Made by a program: the position numbers and the translations under genes
Notes under the pieces: model-generated
Seen by the model: the letters and a program-made list of their open reading frames with translations, nothing else
The model's database searches: none
What the model was told of the DNA's origin: nothing
Assembly (NCBI GenBank): GCA_009914755.4
Contig: CP086569.2
Coordinates: forward strand, 27,744,001-27,808,000
Reading direction: 5' to 3'
DNA length: 64,000 nucleotides
From: the human T2T-CHM13v2.0 reference genome, Homo sapiens
Shown: piece by piece, positions 52,301-64,000 of the stretch
Numbering within the stretch: the stretch's first letter is position 1
Layout: each line of letters begins with the position of its first letter

Positions 52301-52702
52301 GTAATGGAGTGAAGTGGAATGTAGTGGATTCCAGTGGAGTGGAGTGGATTGGATTGGATTGGAATGGAATAGATTGGATTGGAGTGGTGCAGAGTGGACT
52401 GGACTGGAGTGGAGAGGAATGGAGTGGAGTGAAGTCGAGTTGAGTGGAATGGAATGGAGTGGAGCAGAGTGGAATGCAAAACAATGAAGTGGATTGGTAT
52501 TGAATGGAATGGCATGGAATGGAGTGGAATAGAATGGAATGGAATCGCATGGAAGGATATCAAATCAAATGGAATCGAACGGAAAATTATGAGTCCAATG
52601 GAATAGAAAGGATTCTAAAGGAATGGATTCGGAAGGCATTGAATGGAATGGAAAGGAATGCAGTGAAGTGGAGTGGAGTGGAGTGGATTGTTTTAGAGTG
52701 AA
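46349..52702 (+). repeat. Dimeric HOR copy 2 (~6354 bp): alpha-II 46349-49519, beta-I 49520-52702
   Basis: Alpha anchor 46349 and beta anchor ~49520. The 'MKRNG' ORF (48344) and 'MEWIGLEWNGKGRNG...' (51144) recur 6362 and 6353 bp after their counterparts in copy 1. Confidence 0.8.
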
Positions 52703-55700
52703 ATGGGTTGGATTGGAACTCTATGGGGTGGAGTGGAGCGAAGTGGATTGGATTGGAATGGAGTGCAATGGACTGGAGTGGAGTGGAATGGATTGGAGTG
52801 GAGTGTAGTGGATCGGAGTGGAGTGCCGTGTAGTGGACTAGAGTGGGGTGGAGTGGAGTGCTTTGGAGTGGAATGGGGTGGAGTGGGGTGGAATGGAATG
52901 GAATGGCATCAAATCGCATGGTAATGAATCAAATGGAATCAAATGGAACGGAAATAATGGAATCGAAGGCAAACGAATGGAATCGATTGCACTGATTCTA
53001 CTGACTTCGAAGAAAATGAAATGAAATGCGGTGAAGTGGAGTGGAGTGGAATGTATTAGGGTGGAATGGAATTGAATGGTGTGGAGTGGGGTGGAGTGCC
53101 CAGGAGTGGAATGGGAAGAAATGGGATTGAACGGAGTGGAGTGGAGTGGAATGGAGGGTAATGGAGTGGAATGGAGTGGAGTGGAGTAGAGTGGAATGGG
53201 TTGGAGTGGAATGCAGAGGACAGGAGTGGAGTGCGGTGGACTGGAGTGGAGTGGAGTTGAGTGGAGTGGATTGGATTGAAATAGAGCGGAGCAGAGTGGA
53301 GTGGAATTGAATCACATGGTATTCAATCAAATCGAATGGAATTAAATCGAATGAAAAAATGGAATCAAAAGCAAACGAATGGAGTCAAACCACATTGGTT
53401 AGACTGACATCAAATAATATCAAAAGAAATGTGGTGAAGTGGAGTGGAGTGTAATGAAATGGGGTGGAATGAAATTGAATGGAGTGGAGTGGAGTCTACT
53501 GGAGTGGAATGGAATGGAAAGGAAAGGAATGGAATAGAATGGAGTGAAGTGCAGTGCATTGAAATGGAGTGGAAAGGAATGGAATGGAATGGAATGGAAT
53601 GGAATCAAATGGATTCGAAGTGAATCGAATCTAATGAAATTGAACGGAAAAAATGGAATGAGTAGAATCGAAAAAGATGGATTCAAATGGCAACAAATAG
53701 AATTGAATGGAATGCGGTGAGGTGGAGGGGATTGGAATGGAGTTGAATGGAATGGGTTGTAATTGAATTGAGTGGAGTGGATTGGATTGGAGTGGACTGG
53801 AGTGGAATGGAATGGCATGGGCAGGAATGGAATTGAAAGGGTTGAAGTGGAATTGAGTGGTGTGGATCGGAGTAGACTGCATTGTAGTGGATTGGAGTGG
53901 AAAGAAGTGGAGTGGAATGGAATGGAATGCAATGGAGTGGAGTGGAATGGAGTGGAATGGAGAGTAATGGAGTGGAGTGGACTGGAGCGGAGTGGAGTAT
54001 AGTGCATTGGACTGTAGGGGATTGAAGTGGCTTGGAGTGCAATGGAGTGGAGTGGAATGGAATGGAATGGAGTGGAATGCACTGGAATGAATTGGAATGA
54101 AATGGATTGGAATCGCATGGAATCGAATAGAATCGAATCATATAGAATTGAGTGAAATCGAATGGAAAAAAGAAATCGAAAGAAATTAAAAGGAATGAAT
54201 CGAATGGAGTTGAATGTCATCCAGTGGAATTGAAAGGAATGCGGTAAAGTGGAGTGGAGTGGATTTAAATGGAGTGGAATGGAATGGGGAGACATGGAAT
54301 TGAATAGAGTGGAGTGGAGTGGATTGGACTGGAGTGGAATGGAATGGAATGGGAAGGAATGGAACTGAACGGAGTGGAGTGGAGTGGAGTGGAATGGAGT
54401 AGAATGTAATGGAGTGGAATGGAATCGAATCCCTTGGAATTGAATGAAATCGAATCGAATGAAATCAGATGGAAAAAATGGAATCAAATGGAATCAAATC
54501 AAATGAATTCGAAAGGCATTGAAAGGAATCGAATTGAATGCGGTGAGGTGGAGTTGAGTTGAATGAAGTGGAATGGAATGATGTGTAATGGAATTGAATG
54601 GAGTGGAGAGGAGTGGAATGGAATGGAATGGAAAGAATGGAAATGAACAAAGTGGAGTGGAGTGGAATGGAGTGGATTGGAGTGCAGTGAAGCGGAGTGA
54701 AGTGCAATGAAGAGGAATGGCGTGGAGAGGAATGGAATGGAATGTTATGGAATGTACTGGAATGGAATGGATAAGAATGGAATGGAATGGAATCACATGG
54801 AATACAATAGAACTGAATGGAATTCAATGGAATCAAATGGGAAAAATGGAGTCGAAAGGAATCGAATGGAATTGAATCGAATGGTTTTAAATGGTGGTGA
54901 ATGGAAACACAAGGAAGGCGATGAAGTGGAGTGGAGTGGAATGGAAAGGAGTGCAATGGAATGGGGTAAAATTGAATGTAATGCAATGGAGTGGATTGGA
55001 GTGGACTGGAGTGGAATGGGAAGGAATGGGAAGGAATGGAATTGAAAGGAGTTGAGTAGAGTGGAATGGAGTGGAGTGCAGTGGAATGGAGTGGCAAGAA
55101 AAGGAGTGGAATGGAGTGGATTGAAATGGAGTTGAATGCAGAGGAATGGAATGGAATGGAATAGAGTAGACAGGAATGGAGTGGAGTGGGTTGGAATGGA
55201 ATGCACTGGAGAGGAATGGAAGATAATGGACTGGACTGGACTGGAATGTAATGGAATCGCAGGGAATGGAATCGAATCGAACTGAATAGAATCAAATGGA
55301 AAAATGGAATCAAATGGAATCGAATGGAATTGGATTGAATGTAAAAAATGGAATCAAATGGAATGGAATCGAATGGTTTTGAATGGCATCAAATGAAATC
55401 GAATGGAAAGTAGTGAATTGGAGTGGAGTGGAATGGAGAGGAATGCATTGGAATGGAGTTCAATGGAGTGGAGTGGAATGGAGTGGATTAGAGTGGAGTG
55501 GATAGGATTGGAATGGAATGGAATGGATTTGCAGTGGAGTGGTGCAGAGTGGAGTGGACTGGAGTGGAGAGGAATGGAGTGGAGTGAAGTCGAGTTGAGT
55601 GGAATGGAATGAAGTGGAGTGGAGTGGAATGCAGTGGAATGCAGTAGAATGAAGTGGATTGGAATGGAATGGAATGGCGTGGAATGGAGTGGAATGGAAT

Positions 55701-58700
55701 GGAATGGAGTGGAATGGAATGGAATGGAATAGCATGGAATGAAATCGAATCAAATCGAATGCAAGGGAAAATTATGAATCAAATGTAATCGAATGGATTC
55801 CAAATGAGTGGATTCGAATGGCATTGCATGGAGTGGAAAGGAATGCGGTGAAGTGGAGTGGAGTGGAATGTATTGGATTGGAATGGGGTGGATTGGAATT
55901 CTATGGAGTGGAGTGGAGTGAAGTGGATTGGAGTGGAATGGAGTGGAATGAACTGGAGTAGAGTGGAATGGATTGGAGTGGAGTGTAGTGGAATGGAGTG
56001 GAGTGGTGTGGAGTGGAGTAGAGTGGGTTGGGGTGGAGTGGATTGGAGTAGAATAGAGTGGAGTGGAGTGTAATGTAATGGAATGGAATCAAATCACATG
56101 GTAACGAATCAAATCGAATGGAAAAAATGGAATTGAATGCAAACGAATGGAATGGAATCGCACTGATTCTACTGAGTTCGAATAAAATCAAATGAAATGC
56201 GGTGAAGTGGAATGGAGTGGAATGAAATGGGTTGGAAAGGAATTCAATGGTGTGTAGAGGAGTGGAGTGTCCTGGAGTGGAATGGAATGGAATGGAATGG
56301 GAAGGAGAGGAATTTTACGGAGTGGAGTGGAATGGAGCGGACTAGAGTGTAATGGAGTGGAGTGGAGTGGAATGGGTTGGAGTGGAGTGCAGTGGACAGG
56401 AGTGGAGTGCCGTGGACTGGAGTGGAGTGGATTGGATTGCAGTGGAAAAGAGTGGAGCGGAGTGGAATGGAATGGAATGTAATGGAATCGCATGGTATTG
56501 AATCAAATCCAACTGAATTAAATCGAATGGAAAAAATGGAATCGAATTCCAACAAATGGAATCGAATCGCGTCGTTTCGACTGACATTGAATAAAATCAA
56601 AAGAAATGCGTTGAAGTGGAGTGGAGTGGAATGAAATGGGGTGGAATGGAATTGAATGGAGTTGATTGGAGTGGAGTCGACTGGAGTGGAACGGAATGGA
56701 ATGGGAAGGAATGGAATTAAATGGAGTGGAGTGCAGTACAGTGAAATGGAGTGGAATGGTATGGAATGGAAAGGAAGGGAATTGCATGGAATTGAATCGA
56801 ATCGAATCTAATGTAATTGAACGGAAAAAAATGGAACTGAATAGAATCAAAAACAATGGATTCGACTGGCATCTAATAGAATGAAATGGAATGCGGTGAG
56901 GTGGAGGGGATTGGAATGGAGTTGAATGGAATGGGGTGTAATTGAATTGAATGGAGTGGAGTGGAGTGAACTGGAGTGGAATGGAATGGAATGGGCAGGC
57001 ATGGAATTGAAAGGCGTGGAGTGGAGTGGAATTGAGAGGAGTGGAATGGAGTAGGGTGGATTGTAGTGGAGAGTATTGGAAAAGAGTGGAGTGGAATGGA
57101 ACGGAATGGAGTGGAGTGGAATGGAATGGAATTGAGTAAAGAGGAGTGGAATGGAGAGTAATGGAGTGGAGTGGACTGGAGTGGAGTAGATTGCAGTGCA
57201 TTTTACTGTAGGGGATAGAAGTGGCTTGGAGTGCAATGGAGTGGAGTGGAATGGAATGGAATGGAGTGGAATGGACTGGAACGGAATGGAATGGAATGGA
57301 TTTAAAAGGCAGGGAATCAAATCGAATTGAATCATATGGAATCAAGTCGAATCGACTGGAGGAAAGAAATCCAATGAAATCGAATGGAATGAATTGAATG
57401 GAGTCGAATGTCAACCATGGAATCGAAAGGAATGTGGTAAAGTGGAGTGGAGTGGAGTGTTATGGAGTGGAATGGAATGGGGTGACATGGAATTGAATAC
57501 AGTGGAGAGGAGTGGAGTGGATTGGGTTAGAGTGGAATGGAAAGGGAAGGAATGGAACTGAATGGAGTGGAGTGGAATGGAGTGGAATGGAATGGAATGG
57601 AATGGAATGGAATGGAATGGAATGGAGTGGAATGGAATCGAATCACATGGAACTGAATCAAATCGAATTGAATGAAATTGAATGGAGAAAATGGAGTCAA
57701 ATGGAATCAAATCGAATGGATTCGAATGACATTGAATGGAATGGAAAGGAATGCAGTGAGGTGGAGTTGAGTGGAATGGAGTGGAATGGAATGGGATGAA
57801 TGGAATTGAATGGAGTGGAGTAGAATGGAATGGAAAGGAAACGAAAGGAATTGAATTGAACAAAATGGAGTGGAGTAGAATGGAGTGGATTGGTGTGGAG
57901 TGCAGGGGAGTGCAGTGGAATGAAGAGGAGTGTAGTTGAATGGAATGGAATGGTATGGAACGTACTGGAATGGAATGGATAAGAGTGGAATGGAATGGAA
58001 TCGCATGGAATTGAATAGAATCAAATCGAATTGAATAGAAACAAATGGAAAAAATGGAGTCAAATGGAATCGAATGGCATAGAATCGAACGATTTTGAAT
58101 GGCAGTGAATGCAAACGAATGGAATGCGATGAAGTGGAGCGGACTGGATTGGAAAGGAGTGCAATGGAATAGGGCGGAACTGAATTTAATGGAGCAGAGT
58201 GGATTGGAGTGGACTGGAGTGTAAAGGAATGGGAAGGAATGTGATTGAAAGGAGTGGCGTGCAGTGGATTGGAGTGGCATGGAGTGGAGTGGAGTGGAAT
58301 GGAGTGGAATGGAATGGAGTTGAATGGAGTGGATTAGAATGGAATGGAGTGCAGAGGAATGGAATGGAATGGTATAGAGTGGACAGGAAAGGAGTGGAGT
58401 GGATTGGAATGGAATGGAATGGAAAGGAATGGAACTGAATGGACTGGAATGGAATGGAATAGAATGGAATTGCAGGGAATCAAATTGGATTGAATCGAAT
58501 CGAATGGAAAAAGTGAAATCAAATGAAATTGAATGGAATCGTATTGAATGTAAAAAATGGAATCCAATGGAATCAAATGGAATTCAATCAAATGGTTAGG
58601 AATGGTGAAAAATGAAATCGCATGGAAGGCAGTGAATTGGAGTGGAGTGGAATAGAGAGGAATGAATTGGAATGGAGTGAAGTGGAATGGAGTGGATTCC

Positions 58701-59070
58701 AGTGGAGTGGAGTGGATTGGATTGGAATGGAATGGAATAGATTAGATTGGAGTGGTGCAGAGTGGACTGGACTGGAGTGGAGAGGAATGGAGTGGAGTGA
58801 AGTCGAGTTGAGTGGAATGGAATGGAGTGGAGCAGAGTGGAATGCAAAAGAATGAAGTGGATTGGTATGGGATGGAATGGCGTGGAATGGAGTGGAATAG
58901 AATGGAATGGAATCGCATGGAAGGATATCAAATCAAATGGAATCGAACGGAAAATTATGAATCCAATGGAATCGAAAGGATTCTAAAGGAATGGATTCGA
59001 AAGGCATTGAATGGAATGGAAAGGAATGCAGTGAAGTGGAGTGGAGTGGAGTGGATTGTTTTAGAGTGAA
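52703..59070 (+). repeat. Dimeric HOR copy 3 (~6368 bp): alpha-II 52703-55883, beta-I 55884-59070
   Basis: Alpha anchor 52703 and beta anchor ~55884. 'MKRNG' at 54707. 'MEWIGLEWNGKGRNG...' at 57512 is identical to the copy at 44791. Confidence 0.8.
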
Positions 59071-62000
59071 ATGGGTTGGATTGGAACTCTATGGGGTGGA
59101 GTGGAGCGAAGTGGATTGGATTGGAATGGAGTACAATGGACTGGAGTGGAGTCGAATGGATTGGAGTGGAGTGTAGTGGATCGGAGTGGAGTGCTGTGGA
59201 GTGGACTAGAGTGGGGTAGAGTGGAGTGCATTGGAGTGGAATGGGGTGGAGTGGGGTGGAATGGAATGGAATGGCATCAAATCGCATGGTAATGAATCAA
59301 ATGGAATCAAATGGAACGGAAATAATGGAATCGAAGACAAACGAATGGAATCGAATTGCACTGATTCTACTGACTTGGAAGAAAATGAAATGAAATGCGG
59401 TGAAGTGGAGTGGAGTGGAATGTATTAGGGTGGAATGGAATTGAATGGTGTGGAGTGGGGTGGAGTGCCCAGGAGTGGAATGGGAAGAAATGGGATTGAA
59501 CGGAGTGGAGTGGAGTGGAATGGAGGGTAATGGAGTGGAATGGAGTGGAGTGGAGTAGAGTGGAATGGGTTGGAGTGGAATGCAGAGGACAGGAGTGGAG
59601 TGCGGTGGACTGGAGTGGAGTGGAGTTGAGTGGAGTGGATTGGATTGAAATAGAGTGGAGCAGAGTGGAATGGAATTGAATCACATGGTATTGAATCAAA
59701 TCGAATGGAATTAAATCGAATGAAAAAATGGAATCAAAAGCAAACGAATGGAGTCAAACCACATTGGTTAGACTGACATCGAATAATATCAAAAGCAATG
59801 TGGTGAAGTGGAGTGGAGTGTAATGAAATGGGGTGGAATGAAATTGAATGGAGTGGAGTGGAGTGGAGTCTACTGGAGTGGAATGGAATGGAAAGGAAAG
59901 GAATGGAATAGAATGGAGTGAAGTACAGTGCATTGAAATGGAGTGGAATGGAATGGAATGGAATGGAATCAAATGGAATCGAAGTGAATCGAATCTAATG
60001 AAATTGAACGGAAAAAATGGAATGAGTAGAATCGAAAAAGATAGATTCAAATGGCAACAAGTAGAATTGAATGGAATGCGGTGAGGTGGAGGGGATTGGA
60101 ATGGAGTTGAATGGAATGGGGTGTAATTGAATTGAATGGAGTGGATTGGATTGGAGTGGACTGGAGTGGAATGGAATGGCATGGGCAGGAATGGAATTGA
60201 AAGGGTTGAAGTGGAATTGAGTGGTGTGGATCGGAGTAGACTGCATTGTAGTGGATTGGAGTGGAAAGAAGTGGAGTGGAAGGGAATGGAATGCAATGGA
60301 GTGGAGTGGAATGGAGTGGAATGGAGAGTAATGGAGTGGAGTGGACTGGAGCGGAGTGGGGTGTAGTGCATTGGACTGTAGGGATTTGAAGTGGCTTGGA
60401 GTGCAATGGAGTGGAGTGGAATGGAATGGAATGGAGTGGAATGCACTGGGATGAATTGGAATGAAATGGATTGGAATCGCATGGAATCAAATAGAATAGA
60501 ATCATATAGAATTGAGTGAAATCGAATGGAAAAAAGAAATCGAAAGAAATTAAAAGGAATGAATCGAATGGAGTTGAATGTCATCCAGTGGAATTGAAAG
60601 GAATGCGGTAAAGTGGAGTGGAGTGGATTTAAATGGAGTGGAATCGAATGGGGAGACATGGAATTGAATAGAGTGGAGTGGAGTGGATTGGACTGGAGTG
60701 GAATGGAATGGAATGGGAAGGAATGGAACTGAACGGAGTGGAGTGGAGTGGAGTGGAATGGAGTAGAATGCAATTGAGTGGAATGGAATCGAATCCCTTG
60801 GAATTGAATCAAATCGAATCGAATGAAATCAGATGGAAAAAATGGAATCAAATCAAATGAATTCGAAAGGCATTGAAAGGAATCGAATTGAATGCGGTGA
60901 GGTGGAGTTGAGTTAAATGAAGTGGAATGGAATGATGTGTAATGGAATTGAATGGAGTGGAGAGGAGTGGAATAAAATGGAATGGAAAGAATGGAAATGA
61001 ACAAATTGGAGTGAAGTGGAATGGAGTGGATTGGAGTGCAGTGAAGCGGAGTGAAGTGCAATGAAGAGGAATGGCGTGGAGAGGAATGGAATGGAATGTT
61101 ATGGAATGTACTGGAATGGAATGGATAAGAATGGAATGGAATGGAATCACATGGAATACAATAGAATTGAATGGAATTCAATAGAATCAAATGGGAAAAA
61201 TGGAGTCGAATGGAATCGAATGGAATTGAATCGAATGGTTTTAAATTGTGGTGAATGGAAACACAAGGAAGGCGATGAAGTGGAGTGGAGTGGAATGGAA
61301 AGGAGTGCCATGGAATGGGGTAAAATTGAATTTAATGCAATGGAGTGGATTGGAGTGGACTGGAGTGGAATGGGAAGGAATGGGAAGGAATGGAATTGAA
61401 AGGAGTCGAGTAGAGTGGAATGGAGTGGAGTGCAGTGGAATGGAGTGGCAAGAAACGGAGTGGAATGGAGTGGATTGAAATGGAGTTGAATGCAGAGGAA
61501 TGGAATGGAATGGAATAGAGTGGACAGGAATGGAGTGGAGTGGGTTGGAATGGAATGGACTGGAGAGGAATGGAAGATAATGGACTGGACTGGACTGGAA
61601 TGTAATGGAATCGCAGGGAATGGAATCCAATCGAATTGAATAGAATCAAATGGAAAAATGGAATCAAATGGAATCGAATGGAATTGGATTGAATGTAAAA
61701 AATGGAATCAAATGTAATGGAATCAAATGGTTTTGAATGGCATCAAATGAAATCGAATGGAATGTAGTGAATTGGAGTGTAGTGGAATGGAGAGGAATGG
61801 ATTGGAATGGAGTTCAATGGAGTGGAGTGGAATGGAGTGGATTAGAGTGGAGTGGAGTGGATAGGATTGGAATGGAATGGAATGGATTGCAGTGGACTGG
61901 TGCAGAGTGGAGTGGACTGGAGTGGAGAGGAATGGAGTGGAGTGGTCGAGTTGAGTGGAATGGAATGATGTGGAGTGGAGTGGAATGCAGTGGAATGCAG

Positions 62001-64000
62001 TAGAATGAAGTGGATTGGAATGGAAAGGAATGGCGTGGAATGGAGGGGAAACGAATGGAATGGCGTGGAATGGAGTGGAATGGAATGGAATGGAGTGGAA
62101 TGGAATGGAGTGGAATAGCATGGAATGAAATCAAATCAAATCGAATGCAATGGAAAATTATGAATCAAATGTAATCGAATGGATCCCAAATGAGTGGATT
62201 CGAATGGCATTGCATGGAGTGGAAAGGAATGCGGTGAAGTGGAGTGGAGTGGAATGTATTGGATTGGAATGGGGTGGATTGGAATTCTATGGAGTGGAGT
62301 GGAGTGAAGTGGATTGGAGTGGAATGGAGTGGAATGAACTGGAGTAGAGTGGAATGGATTGGAGTGGAGTGTAGTGGAATGGAGTGGAGTGCTGTGGAGT
62401 GGAGTAGAGTGTGGTGGGGTGGAGTGGATTGGAGTAGAATAGAGTGGAGTGGAGTGTAATGGAATGGAATGGAATCAAATCACATGGTAACGAATCTAAT
62501 CGAATGGAAAAAATGGAATTGAATGCAAACGAATGGAATGGAATTGCACTGATTCTACTGAGTTCGAATAAAATCAAATGAAATGCGGTGAAGTGGAATG
62601 GAGTGGAATGAAATGGGTTGGAAACTAATTCAATGGTGTGGAGAGGAGTGGAGTGTCCTGGAGTGGAATGGAATGGAATGGAATGGGAAGGAGAGGAATT
62701 TTACGGAGTGCAGTGGAATGGAGCAGAATAGAGTGTAATGGAGTGGAGTGGAGTGGAATGTGTTGGAGTGGAGTGCAGTGGACAGGAGTGGAGTGCCGTG
62801 GACTGGAATGGAGTGGAGTGGATTGCAGTGGAAAAGAGTGGAGCGGAGTGGAATGAAATGGAATGTAATGGAATCGCATGGTATTGAATCAAATCCAACT
62901 GAATTAAATCGAATGGAAAAAATGGAATCGAATGCCAACAAATGGAATCGAATCGCGTCGTTTCGACTGACATTGAATAAAATCAAAAGAAATGCGTTGA
63001 AGTGGAGTGGAGTGGAATGAAAGGGGGTGGAATGGAAATGAATGGAGTTGATTGGAGTGGAGTCGACTGAAGTGGAACGGAATGGAATAGGAAGGAATGG
63101 AATTAAATGGAGTGGAGTGCAGTACAGTGAAATGAGGTGGAATCGTATGGAATGGAGTGGAATGGAATTGCATGGAATTGAATCGAATCGAATCTAATGT
63201 ATTTGAAAGGAAAAAAATGGAACTGAATAGAATCGAAAACAATGGATTCGACTGGCATCTAATAGAATGAAATGGAATGCGGTGAGGTGGAGTGGATTTT
63301 AATGGAGTTGAATGGAATGGGGCGTAATTGAATTGAGTGGAGTGGAGTGGAGTGAACTGGAGTGGAATGGAATGGAATGGGCAGGCATGGAATTGAAAGG
63401 CGTGGAGTGGAGTGGAATTGAGAGGAGTGGAATGGAGTAGGGTGGATTGTAGTGGAGAGTATTGGAAAAGAGTGGAGTGGAATGGAACGGATTGGAGTGG
63501 AGTGGAATTGAATGGAATTGAGTAAACAGGAATGGAATGGAGAGTAATGGAGTGGAGTGGACTGGAGTGGAGTAGATTGCAGTGCATTTTACTGTAGGGG
63601 ATAGAAGTGGCTTGGAGTGCAATGGAGTGGATTGGAATGGAATGGAATGGAGTGGAATGGACTGGAACGGAATGGAATGGATTTAAAAGGCAGGGAATCA
63701 AATCGAATTGAATCATATGGAATCAAGTAGAATCGACTGGAGGAAAGAAATCCAATGAAATCGAATGGAATGAATGGAATGGAGTCGAATGTCAACCATG
63801 GAATCGAAAAGAATGTGGTAAAGTGGAGTGGAGTGGAGTGTTATGGAGTGGAATGGAATGGGGTGACAGGGAATTGAATACAGTGGACAGGAGTGGAGTG
63901 GATTGGGTTAGAGTGGAATGGAATGGAATGGAATGGAATGGAATGGAACGGAATAGAGTGGAATGGAATCGAATCACATGGAACTGAATCAAATCGAATT
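59071..64000 (+). repeat. Dimeric HOR copy 4 (partial): alpha-II 59071-~62267, beta-I from ~62268 to the window end
   Basis: Alpha anchor 59071, 'MKRNG' at 61061, beta anchor ~62268. The copy is truncated by the window edge. Confidence 0.75.

Larger units (their letters stand above)
1..64000 (+). repeat. Continuous (GGAAT)n-derived satellite array (HSat3-like), GGAAT strand = '+'; no non-satellite sequence detected
   Basis: Direct reading: the entire window is made of GGAAT/GGAGT/GGAAC pentamer runs alternating with AT-richer 'aatcgaatggaatcaaatggaatcgaa' segments. C is by far the rarest base on the + strand. There is no 171-bp (alpha-satellite) periodicity and no ATCATC/GATGAT HSat2-type motifs. 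Sequence recurs with ~3.1 kb and ~6.36 kb periods, shown by identical ORF-track pseudo-peptides at fixed spacing. The family assignment rests on established descriptions of human satellite III as (ATTCC)n plus diverged variants. Confidence 0.9.

Noticed and set aside
59754-61190. 478-aa ORF on the minus strand, with similar 370-477 aa ORFs at 41155..42588, 47012..48124 and 1912..3117, as candidate proteins
   Set aside because: They are made entirely of pentapeptide-periodic low-complexity sequence (HSIPF/HSTPL...). They overlap equally long ORFs in other frames and on the opposite strand, and they recur with the HOR period. All of this follows from the stop-codon-free ATTCC/GGAAT pentamer.
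1-64000. CRISPR array, or another prokaryotic-style repeat-spacer locus
   Set aside because: The repeats are contiguous 5-bp-based satellite units with no unique spacers, and the periods are kilobase-scale HORs. The composition and organisation are typical of eukaryotic pericentromeric satellite, and there are no cas-like ORFs.
1-64000. Alpha satellite or CENP-B box-containing centromeric repeat
   Set aside because: There is no 171-bp periodicity. No match to the CENP-B box (nTTCGnnnnAnnCGGGn) on either strand was seen, and C and CGGG motifs are nearly absent on the + strand.
1-64000. HSat2 rather than HSat3
   Set aside because: HSat2 is characterised by ATCATC/GATGAT-containing 23-26 bp diverged repeats. 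Those motifs are essentially absent here, whereas long GGAAT/GGAGT runs dominate. HSat3-like remains the better call, but the subfamily cannot be fixed without k-mer comparison.
1-64000. Telomeric (TTAGGG)n, rDNA, tRNA or transposable-element insertions interrupting the array
   Set aside because: None were seen. Every stretch examined conforms to the HOR periodicity. Length irregularities are explained by pentamer-multiple insertions and deletions and by ~300 bp internal deletions of satellite sequence.

Overview
The whole 64 kb window is one uninterrupted tandem satellite array of the (GGAAT)n / (ATTCC)n pentamer family, all in one orientation with the G+A-rich GGAAT strand as '+'. It carries many GGAGT, GGAAC and AATCGAAT-type variants and looks like human or hominoid Satellite III (HSat3); it lacks the GATGAT/ATCATC motifs typical of HSat2. 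I see no protein-coding gene, RNA gene, transposon insertion, CRISPR array or other non-satellite sequence. Every ORF in the supplied track is a translation artefact. GGAAT and its complement contain no stop codon in most frames, so 15-nt-periodic pseudo-peptides ('MEWNG...' on the + strand, 'HSIPF...' on the - strand) run for up to ~480 codons on both strands at once and recur with the repeat period. What is worth describing is the higher-order repeat (HOR) architecture, which changes along the window. (1) From ~1 to ~23.3 kb there are about 7.5 copies of a ~3.1 kb HOR, each of which is itself built from ~8 diverged sub-blocks of ~390 bp. The copies are nearly identical and fall into locally identical runs. 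(2) From ~23.3 to ~40 kb there is a transition zone of related but diverged ~3.1 kb units with two alternating boundary ('anchor') types, including truncated units of 2.5 and 2.9 kb. (3) From ~40 to 64 kb there is a regular dimeric HOR of ~6.36 kb (an alpha subunit of ~3.18 kb with a diverged interior, plus a beta subunit of ~3.19 kb), present in about 3.8 highly identical copies. Unit lengths change by in-register pentamer gains and losses. I cannot assign a chromosome or HSat3 subfamily without a database search.
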